This document shows positions 7,761 through 15,580 of a stretch of DNA of 31,494 nucleotides, piece by piece (position 1 is the stretch's first letter; every line of letters starts with the position of its first letter). The notes under the pieces were generated by a model. It saw nothing but the letters and a program-made list of their open reading frames with translations, had not been told where the DNA came from and searched no databases. Source of the stretch: Armatimonadota bacterium. Lineage in GTDB: Bacteria; Armatimonadota; Armatimonadia; Armatimonadales; Armatimonadaceae. The position numbers and the translations under genes are program-made. Where the stretch lies: NCBI GenBank assembly GCA_014379275.1, contig JACMMA010000503.1:1-31494 (forward strand), written 5' to 3'.

Positions 7761-7835
7761 ATGAAGCCCCAACACGTCACGCTTTTCGGAAGGCTACTGC
7801 TTGCTACCTATATCGTCTGGTCGCTGATTTGCTGA
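7761..7835 (+). CDS. Putative 24-aa small hydrophobic protein MKPQHVTLFGRLLLATYIVWSLIC
   Basis: GAAGGAG Shine-Dalgarno 6 nt before the ATG, TGgTATAAA extended -10-like box near 7724-7732, single hydrophobic helix. Confidence 0.45.
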   Translation: MKPQHVTLFGRLLLATYIVWSLIC

Positions 7836-7935
7836 TAGCGCGATCTGTTGTACTGAGGTGTCCGGTGGCAGGTATTTCTGCCGCCGCGATGAACCTATAA
7901 GTCACAACTGTTTTCGTGAAGGTGGTGTTAGCAAA

Positions 7936-8862
7936 TTGATACGCGAGATTTTTATACCCGGCACGGTCGTTAACGATACCGAAGGAAGCCCGGTACAGGC
8001 ACACGGCGGCGGGATCCTCGCCATCGGGGGCATGTACTACTGGTACGGCGAAAATAAAGACGGCGCTAATGTTTCCGCGCCGAGCGGGCAGATGGATCGC
8101 CTTGATGTCATCGGCGTATCCTGCTATTCTTCGCGCGACCTGATCACCTGGAAGAACGAGGGTATTGTGCTTTCTTCGCGCCCCGACGATCCCGCGCACG
8201 ATCTGCACCCGTCTCAGGTTTTAGAGCGACCTAAGGTGGTTTTCTGCCCCGCGACCGAGAAATATGTGCTCTGGGCGCATGTCGACTCGCCGGACTATAC
8301 GAAGGCGCGCGTCGGTGTTGCCATCTCGGATTCCCCGACCGGACCGTTCGAGTATCTTGGCAGTTTTCGCCCGAACGACGAAGAAAGCCGCGACATGACC
8401 GTCTATGTGGACCCTGCCGACGGCGCGGGATACCTGGTCTATTCTTCCGAGGGAAACGCGACGACCCATATCACGCGCCTTGCCCCCGACTTTTTGTCCG
8501 TCGAAGCGAAGTTCAAACGCGCCTTCGAACGCGAGTTTCGCGAGGCACCGGCACTCTTCACCTGGAGTGGGAAATACTATATGGTCACGAGCGGTTGCAC
8601 CGGGTGGGACCCGAACCCGGCCCGCTGGCATGTCGCGGACGCTCCTATGGGTGAATGGGTGACCGGTGGCGACCCGTGCATCGGGGATGCGAAGGGCACC
8701 ACGTTCGACGCGCAAAGTACCTTCGTCCTGCCGCTACTATCCGAACCGGATCAGTTCATCTTTCTTGCAGACCGCTGGCATCGCTACAACCTACGGGACT
8801 CGCGCTACGTATGGCTACTGCTCGACATGTCGTCCGGCGAACCGCGCATCGGGTGGCGGTAG
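7936..8862 (+). CDS. Glycoside hydrolase family 43 (GH43_24-like exo-beta-1,3-galactanase)
   Basis: QAHGGG..YYWYGENK, ERPKV, SRDMT, REAPA (acid Glu), FDAQST (Gln base typical of GH43_24), ADRW and SRYVWL. TTG7936 has an SD-like GAAGGTGG; alternative GTG7858. No signal peptide. Confidence 0.88.
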   Translation: MIREIFIPGTVVNDTEGSPVQAHGGGILAIGGMYYWYGENKDGANVSAPSGQMDRLDVIGVSCYSSRDLITWKNEGIVLSSRPDDPAHDLHPSQVLERPKVVFCPATEKYVLWAHVDSPDYTKARVGVAISDSPTGPFEYLGSFRPNDEESRDMTVYVDPADGAGYLVYSSEGNATTHITRLAPDFLSVEAKFKRAFEREFREAPALFTWSGKYYMVTSGCTGWDPNPARWHVADAPMGEWVTGGDPCIGDAKGTTFDAQSTFVLPLLSEPDQFIFLADRWHRYNLRDSRYVWLLLDMSSGEPRIGWR

Positions 8863-8939
8863 GATAGGGCCAATATGAACTACCGGCACCTTCTCCTCTT
8901 CCCTTGGCGTCCCTGGCGTCTTGGCGGTTAAATCATTCC

Positions 8940-9827
8940 ATGTATCTTTTTCGCTTTATCGCTCCTGATGGCACTCCCCACCTCGGAATCGAGGACGACA
9001 ACGGCGGACGTTATGATGCGTCCGTTATTCTGCCGGAGGCGTTCGCCTCGGTCGGGGCGTGGCTCGCCCACGCCGACCCGCTTGGCGCGGCGCAAACCGT
9101 GGTAGCGGTCGGGTCCGACGAACGGCGTGCCGGGTCCACATTTTACGTGTCGCCTGATGTGACGCTCCTCGCCCCGGTGGATACGTCCGAGGTCTGGGCG
9201 TCTGGCGTGACCTACGAACGTTCCAAGTCGGCGCGGATGGAAGAATCGAAAGAAAGCGGGGGGGGCGATTTTTATGACCGCGTGTACGACGCGGAACGCC
9301 CTGAGCTGTTTTTCAAGTCGGTCGGGTGGCGCGTCGTCGGTCCCGGCGCGCCGGTCCGGATCCGCCGCGACTCGACATGGAATGTCCCGGAACCAGAAAT
9401 GGTGCTGGTACTATCGGCGCAAGGAAAGATCGTCGGCGTGACGGCGGGGAACGACATGTCGTCTCGTTCCATCGAGGGCGAGAACCCACTTTACCTGCCG
9501 CAGGCGAAAACCTACGACGGGGCGTGTGCGCTCGGGCCGATGATACGGCTGTCAGGTATCGAGGAAGGCATTCCCGTGCTATCTATCGCGTTATCCATAC
9601 GCCGCGATGGCGATACGGTGTTCGCGGGCGAAACGTCCACCGCGAGGATGAAACGGACCCCGGAGGAGTTGGCAGGGTGGTTATTCCGGGAGACCGCATT
9701 TCCCCACGGTGCGTTCCTATTCACCGGGACGGGCGTGATTCCCGCGGACGAATTCACGCTGCGAAGCGGAGATAGTATTTCCATAACACTGGAAGGGGTG
9801 CCGATGCTCAACAATACCGTGGCATAA
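8940..9827 (+). CDS. FAH-family 2-keto-3-deoxy-pentonate dehydratase (XylX/KdaD-like)
   Basis: EVWASGVTYERS, YDRVYDAERPELFFK, VPEPE, GNDMSSRSIEGENPLYLPQAK, LFTGTG. Start ATG8940. Confidence 0.85.
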   Translation: MYLFRFIAPDGTPHLGIEDDNGGRYDASVILPEAFASVGAWLAHADPLGAAQTVVAVGSDERRAGSTFYVSPDVTLLAPVDTSEVWASGVTYERSKSARMEESKESGGGDFYDRVYDAERPELFFKSVGWRVVGPGAPVRIRRDSTWNVPEPEMVLVLSAQGKIVGVTAGNDMSSRSIEGENPLYLPQAKTYDGACALGPMIRLSGIEEGIPVLSIALSIRRDGDTVFAGETSTARMKRTPEELAGWLFRETAFPHGAFLFTGTGVIPADEFTLRSGDSISITLEGVPMLNNTVA

Positions 9828-9857
9828 ACGCCGTGTGGCACGTAAAGATAGAAGAAA

Positions 9858-9890
9858 CAGGGCGGCCCCGCGAATCGCGGGGCCGCCCTG
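9858..9890. terminator. Intrinsic terminator between convergent genes
   Basis: Perfect 15-bp stem CAGGGCGGCCCCGCG/CGCGGGGCCGCCCTG with a 3-nt loop, followed by TTTCTTC on the minus strand. Confidence 0.85.
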
Positions 9891-9917
9891 TATTCGAAAC
9901 GGGTACGTGGGTCGGCA

Positions 9918-10883
9918 TCACATCTGGATTTGGCCCATTTGCCCGGGCGCCTGTGGGGGGGCTTGACCCGGCGGTGGTGGGGTGCCGGGCATCGTCATTC
10001 CCCTACCCTGCATGTCCCCCGGAACTTGTCCGTACGGCGGCGGTTGCCCCGGCGTTGACCCGTACGCAGTCGGGGGAGGGAGCGGAATATCGAGCCGCGG
10101 TTCGGGCATGCCGCCGTCGAGATCGAGCAGATCCCGGTAAACGATACTTACCGCGAGCGGGTAGATCGGGAACGTGAATAATAATCCTACGCCGCAGAGG
10201 AGCATTCCTAACGCTACCACCAAACCCAGCACCAGAGTGAACAAAAAAGCGTTCAATGTTTGCCCGCCCGTCACCGCGAAACTTTGTTTGATGGATCCCA
10301 GCGCTCCCCCCCGCCCGTCGGCGACTATCGGAGCGACTAGGAATAGGCGGGCGTTCAGCAGGGCTATGCCGACGACAGCGATGACGATCGGAATCCAGGA
10401 AAGGCTGCTCTTCGCCGTCACCATGACGAACATGGGAACCAGTGCCACGATCATGACGGCATACAGGATCAGGGCGACCAGGATGTTCGCGCCGATCATC
10501 GGCAGAATCACATCGCCACCGCTGAAAAGGTCACCGACGCCGATAGACTCTCCGCGGATTTGCTTTAAAGCCATGCGAAACAGCCCCGCGATGAAATACG
10601 CGCCGAGCAAGGTGTTCACGATGCTGCTGCCGGCTGACTGACTCATCAGGCTCAGGAAATAAGCCGGCGTCGGGTTCGGCGGCGGTGCCGGTTGAGAGAA
10701 TCCGCCGGTAAGCGCACTGGTGATGCCGGAAACGGCCATGATGATCACGAAGTACAACAGCATCGCAAGCACCCAGACGCCCATTTGTTGGCGTACCAGT
10801 CCCCATGCTTCGCTGATCGCTTCCATACGTATCTGCCCGCCTTGCCGCGATGGCAATGCTTCCCCATACCCGACATAACTCAT
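9918..10883 (-). CDS. Integral membrane protein (DUF975-like) with Pro/Gly/Gln-rich C-terminal tail
   Basis: About 5 TM segments, AISEAW...GS(I)KQSF...LCGVGLLFTFP pattern, low-complexity PGQ tail. RBS GAGGAAGGGG. Confidence 0.75.
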   Translation of the reverse strand: MSYVGYGEALPSRQGGQIRMEAISEAWGLVRQQMGVWVLAMLLYFVIIMAVSGITSALTGGFSQPAPPPNPTPAYFLSLMSQSAGSSIVNTLLGAYFIAGLFRMALKQIRGESIGVGDLFSGGDVILPMIGANILVALILYAVMIVALVPMFVMVTAKSSLSWIPIVIAVVGIALLNARLFLVAPIVADGRGGALGSIKQSFAVTGGQTLNAFLFTLVLGLVVALGMLLCGVGLLFTFPIYPLAVSIVYRDLLDLDGGMPEPRLDIPLPPPTAYGSTPGQPPPYGQVPGDMQGRGMTMPGTPPPPGQAPPQAPGQMGQIQM

Positions 10884-11027
10884 TTTATTTCCCCTTCCTC
10901 GTGCAGATGATCCACACCGGAAACCCTAGAGCATTCTTCCGAGAGTGATTCTATTTCCAAACAGTTTTACATAAAACCGGTATTTTGTCTATCAAACAAA
11001 TGAAAAAAATAGGATACAATTGGAAAT

Positions 11028-13703
11028 ATGGTCGGGTTGCCATCTTCTTCTGTCCACAAAGCCCCTTCGACCGGGCTCCGTCTCGCGCCTCCGCCGCGCG
11101 AGAATCCGTTGTCGCGGCTGGCGGCAAGATTGCGCTTTTCCGCCGCGCTTAAATCCCCCGAACCTCCCGCCGACGCGAGTCTGCTCTCGCTTTACGTCGA
11201 AGCCCTGCAAGACCCGGCGCTCGATACTTCGACTCGTGCCAAACTCTGCCGCGCCATCACCTACATCGATGGTTCCGCCGGCCGGTATGTCGAATCATGG
11301 ATCCCTCTGTACATCGAAGCCGCTTGTGCATTCTCCGATGATCCCTGGTGTGTATTATTCGTTCTATCCCTGCTACACTCCGGCGCAATCGATCCGCGCG
11401 CCGACCTGCCTTTTTCTCAGGGCGTTTATGCCGCCGCATTGTTCTTTGAGGTATGGGAAGGTGATGTTCCTCACGCATCGTTCGGGTTACCCGCTTATAC
11501 CGAATTGAGTCGCGAACTTGCCTCGCTCTATGCCGCCGATGCGAACCGTATCGCCCCGGACCGCACGGCATTTGTGGAGAAGGTATACGCACAACTAGAA
11601 CAGCGAACCGACATCGGTCACTGGGAGAACGAACGCGCCGAGCTTGCCGTTTACCTCGCACGCGCTTATCGGGTCGAGGGCCGGGACGACATCCCCGCGC
11701 AAAAATTGCAGGAAAGAATTTCGCGATGGCGTGCCGCCCCCGCCCCCGAAAAACAGAAGGAATGGAACGATGATCCCTTAGACGACCCGGAGGTGATTCT
11801 GCGGGGCGGTTCGGGAAATCCCGAGGATGATCAGCGCATCGCTCATCGCTACATTGAAGAAGAACGTGATTTCGACGCCGCTGCCTGTGCGCTGTTCGCC
11901 CGGTGTATTCGTTATGCTAAGGCGGGTTCAAACCAAGCCGAGTCGGTTTTCTGGACCGTGAAGCTTGCGCGCGCCCTGATTGCCGTGGGGCGTGTGGACG
12001 AAGATGCGCGTGAAATCTTTCAGGACGCTGCCGCCACCGAGCCCGACGACTCTCTTTTAGAACTCGCTTATTTATACACGTACGCGAAAGGGGGGGCACA
12101 CCAACAGATCTCCGGCGACCCCGACCTTGCCAACCGGTTCGAGAACGCAGTGCTGACGCAGTCGTCCCGATTCGCGCCGATTGCCGACCAACAGCACTGG
12201 GATTGGCAGGCGATGGAACGTTGCCTCGCGCTGGTATGGGGGCACCGGGGACGCACCGATGCTTACGCGCGCACCCTGTATAAAAGGGTGACGGACGCGA
12301 ATCCGGAAGATGCCCTTCTTGCCGTGCTGTATGCCCGCGCCCTCGCGCAAGCGAACATTACCGATAACGCGGCGATCCGCGCCTATGAAATCGTCGTGGA
12401 ACTGGGGAAGGCGAACGAATCGGTTCGCCGTGCCCTCGCGATCGCGTATGCCAAAGCTGGCGTCGCCAGCGGTGATGAAAAACGCCCACAGGCGATGCGC
12501 TTGTGGGAAGAAATGCACCGCTCCGGAATGTCCGAAGACATGGATGTCGCCGCCGCCCTAGCCGACGCGTACTCGCGCGAAGGGAAGGGTAACGATGTCG
12601 CCATCGCGGTATGGGGGAAGGTCGCGAAAGCCGACCCAAAGAACGGGCAGATACGACTGAGACTGGCACGTGAGCTACGCGACCGAGGTGAGGAACTTGA
12701 GGCGACGAAACTGTTCAAGGAGGCTGCGAAACTGCTTCCGGAAGATTTCGAAGCGCAGTACGAGGCGGGGCTCTCCTTACGCGCGCGAAATGACGAAGCG
12801 GGCGCGATCCGGTTCCTGAAAAAAGCGGTCGTCCTTCCTGCGGGGGCTATTCACAAGGAAGCCCACTTCGCCCTCGGTGATGCTCTGCTTGCGGTGGAAA
12901 AGCGTGACGAAGCGGTGCAGGCGTTCGAGAAGATCCTGAATGAACTGGACCCGGACCATTCGCCGACTTTGCTACGAATGGCGAAGCTAAGTCTGCGCTA
13001 TGAAGAAACGGGGGCGAAACGTGCCGAGCAGTTGTACGGGAAAGCCCTCGCGCTGGATTCCAGCAACCCCGAGGGGTATAAACGGCTTGCGCTCCTGCAT
13101 GAAGAACAAGGGCGGTTCGCTGATGCGGAGGTGGCATGGGAGCAGTACCTCGCGTTATCGCCGCCGGATGGCGAGAGCACGCGTAAGATAGCTGACCTGT
13201 ATCTCAAGCGCGGCGACTTCGTGAAAGCTGAGTCGGCTCTTCGACAGACTGTAGCACTGGGAGGGGGCGATAAAAAACTTTTCAGCCTTCTCGGCGAGGT
13301 GATCGTTCAAGCACAGAAGCAGCGGGACGGCGAAACAGCGACGCCACTAACGGATACGTCACAGGAGCCGGAAGAGCAAACGAGCAGTGCGAAAACGCGC
13401 CGCATCGCCCCCCGCCCCGCCGTAGGGGCCGTGCCTTCATCGCAGGCGGCAGCCGAAGAGACGACCAATGTTGTCACTAAGCCGGTTGATACGGGGTCGC
13501 CGGTCCGCGTGGCGCCGTCCGTTCACAGGCGTCAAACCCTGGTGACGCAAAGCAGCATAACGCCCGATTCCCCTCCCAACCCCGACTCACCCACGTCGCA
13601 AAATCTGACCCGCTCGGTAGGAGCGGCGGCCATCAAAGCCGCGTTGCGAAACCGCGCCGCCCGTTTATCACAGGCCGCACCAGAGAATGACGGCGAGGAG
13701 TGA
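11028..13703 (+). CDS. Large tetratricopeptide-repeat protein (891 aa)
   Basis: Many 34-aa-like units (EATKLFKEAAKLLPEDFEAQYEAG, AEQLYGKALALDSSNPEGYKRLA, AEVAWEQYLALSPPD). No signal peptide. Ser/Pro/Thr-rich tail. Confidence 0.85.
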   Translation: MVGLPSSSVHKAPSTGLRLAPPPRENPLSRLAARLRFSAALKSPEPPADASLLSLYVEALQDPALDTSTRAKLCRAITYIDGSAGRYVESWIPLYIEAACAFSDDPWCVLFVLSLLHSGAIDPRADLPFSQGVYAAALFFEVWEGDVPHASFGLPAYTELSRELASLYAADANRIAPDRTAFVEKVYAQLEQRTDIGHWENERAELAVYLARAYRVEGRDDIPAQKLQERISRWRAAPAPEKQKEWNDDPLDDPEVILRGGSGNPEDDQRIAHRYIEEERDFDAAACALFARCIRYAKAGSNQAESVFWTVKLARALIAVGRVDEDAREIFQDAAATEPDDSLLELAYLYTYAKGGAHQQISGDPDLANRFENAVLTQSSRFAPIADQQHWDWQAMERCLALVWGHRGRTDAYARTLYKRVTDANPEDALLAVLYARALAQANITDNAAIRAYEIVVELGKANESVRRALAIAYAKAGVASGDEKRPQAMRLWEEMHRSGMSEDMDVAAALADAYSREGKGNDVAIAVWGKVAKADPKNGQIRLRLARELRDRGEELEATKLFKEAAKLLPEDFEAQYEAGLSLRARNDEAGAIRFLKKAVVLPAGAIHKEAHFALGDALLAVEKRDEAVQAFEKILNELDPDHSPTLLRMAKLSLRYEETGAKRAEQLYGKALALDSSNPEGYKRLALLHEEQGRFADAEVAWEQYLALSPPDGESTRKIADLYLKRGDFVKAESALRQTVALGGGDKKLFSLLGEVIVQAQKQRDGETATPLTDTSQEPEEQTSSAKTRRIAPRPAVGAVPSSQAAAEETTNVVTKPVDTGSPVRVAPSVHRRQTLVTQSSITPDSPPNPDSPTSQNLTRSVGAAAIKAALRNRAARLSQAAPENDGEE

Positions 13704-13784
13704 CCGGCAGGTCGCTATCGTATTGTCCGCTGTTCGTCCGCGCTAATGGATGTAACCCGCTTTCAAAGGACTATCAGTCCGAAG

Positions 13785-13800
13785 TGTGACAAATTTAACA
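13785..13800. promoter_or_regulatory. CRP/FNR-family-like operator
   Basis: TGTGA-CAAATT-TAACA, one mismatch to TGTGA-N6-TCACA, in an AT-rich intergenic region upstream of the polysaccharide locus. Confidence 0.4.
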
Positions 13801-14007
13801 GTCCGTTTCGGTATCATTTCCCCCAAATCGATAATATTTCGGCTATCCTTGTTGAGGCGCCTTCATGTAATTACTTCAAGCCTTGCGGAATCAGAGCGAC
13901 TCATCCGCTAGATGCGAATCCGGAAGTGATGGTGAAAAAAAGGTTTCGTTTCACGGTGCGTGGGGGAGAATGCTTGCGCGGGAAAGAGGCAACGTCGTGA
14001 AAACGCG

Positions 14008-14039
14008 GAGTGCCGGTCCCGATTGACGCACTCTTTTTT
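14008..14039 (+). terminator. Intrinsic terminator/attenuator upstream of the priming transferase
   Basis: GAGTGC-cg-GTC / CCGATT / GAC-GCACTC stem followed immediately by TTTTTT. Confidence 0.65.
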
Positions 14040-14152
14040 CACCGTCGAGATACGCGTCACGCCCATTGTACAAGACACATCGCCAGACGCACAAAGCCGC
14101 GTCGTTCTACAACTGATCAGGGCGGGGCCAACAAAAGCAGGGGACTAAATCG

Positions 14153-15028
14153 TTGACGGACGAACAAAACACAGGCGAAAGTTTCGCCGCCGATGGCGGT
14201 TCCGCTTCCGCCGTTTTACACTGGAATACCACGCAAATTTCGCGCCGAACCACGCCCGTTCTTCCGGACGACATCGGTTTCAGCAATGGGGGAGGCATGC
14301 GCCATGTTTCCCGTGAAGCCGTGACGCAGATAATCAATGAGCAGGTCACCGCTGCTCGTGCGCAGGCTACTGCTTTGCCTTTCTTCTTGAAAACGGAGAT
14401 TTCAGGCGGCGAGACGCCGCCCTCCGCCGCCTACTTTGCTACCAAGCGCTGTATAGATATCGTTGTTTCATCTCTGTTATTATTAATTCTCTTCCCGATT
14501 CTGGTTGTGATCGGGCTTCTCGTCGCTCTCGAGGATCGCGGACCGGTTCTTTACTACCAAACCCGCGTCGGGCGAAACGGCAGACATTTCCGATTTTATA
14601 AGTTTCGCAGCATGGTCAAGAATGCGGACGCGTTGAAGGAAAAACTCGCCGCGCAAAACGAGGCGGCAGGTCCCGTGTTCAAGATCAAAAATGACCCGCG
14701 CGTCACGCGATGCGGGCGCATTTTGCGAAAAACGAGTCTCGACGAACTGCCGCAACTGATCAACGTGCTGCGCGGTGAAATGACTCTGGTGGGTCCGCGC
14801 CCGCATCTCCCCCGCGAGGTTGCGCTCTATGAGGACTGGCACTTCGAGCGGCAAAACGTTGAGCCGGGTCTCCTCTGCCTGCGTGAAGTCCTCGGCCGAT
14901 CTAATCTGAGTTTTGATCAGTGGGTTGCGTACGATTTGCTGTATATCCGCAACCGCTCGGCGCGGACCGACTCCTGGATCTTGTTACGTCTCATTCCCGC
15001 GGTACTGAAAGCTGACGGTGCGTACTAG
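14153..15028 (+). CDS. Priming phosphoglycosyltransferase (Bac_transf; WcaJ/PssA/CpsE C-terminal type)
   Basis: KRCIDI, single TM, YYQTRVG, YKFRSM, DPRVT, RKTSLDELPQL, GEMTLVGPRP. TTG start with GCAGGGGA. Confidence 0.93.
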   Translation: MTDEQNTGESFAADGGSASAVLHWNTTQISRRTTPVLPDDIGFSNGGGMRHVSREAVTQIINEQVTAARAQATALPFFLKTEISGGETPPSAAYFATKRCIDIVVSSLLLLILFPILVVIGLLVALEDRGPVLYYQTRVGRNGRHFRFYKFRSMVKNADALKEKLAAQNEAAGPVFKIKNDPRVTRCGRILRKTSLDELPQLINVLRGEMTLVGPRPHLPREVALYEDWHFERQNVEPGLLCLREVLGRSNLSFDQWVAYDLLYIRNRSARTDSWILLRLIPAVLKADGAY

Positions 15029-15140
15029 TGCGGTCCGTGGTGATTAGCCCCCTATAAAGTCGGCAGGTTCTGTGTTCGCCCTCGCGGTCGTTGCCACACA
15101 TGGACCGCCTGCAACCGGGGGAGTGTGAAATATCCCACTG

Positions 15141-15191
15141 ACGACAATTGTCGTTTTATGTGTGCGCTACAAACATAACATACTGTATAAT
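15141..15191 (+). promoter_or_regulatory. Perfect 14-bp palindrome plus TATAAT box upstream of wzc
   Basis: ACGACAATTGTCGT (15141-15154) is its own reverse complement. TATAAT at 15186-15191 has no good -35. Confidence 0.4.
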
Positions 15192-15580
15192 GCACCCGGT
15201 TGAAGGTCATTAACCAGCACGAACTACCGCCGTTCGGTCGCCGAAGTGTTCAAATGCAGACACTACTTACAGCCTGTGCTACAAGCAGTAAAGTGATTTT
15301 CCCGTTCTCTAACCTTACTCTCCTGCAACAGAAACATTGGGATTAATCGCTCCAACAAAGCCTACCTGTCTACTCGAACGTTTGAAAATAATGTACAGAT
15401 CAACCAGACGGGACACAATGCAGCAATAAAACCGCCGCATGGAAGGAAGACGACGGCACGAAACACCTCCGCGTACTTATGTGGACTGATTATGTGTTTC
15501 CGTAAAGGGGAGAGCAGTAAGGAAGAACGCCCGGAAAAGTTCTTCTGCTGTTAATAACCGCCGCAAGCGAGATACCACCG

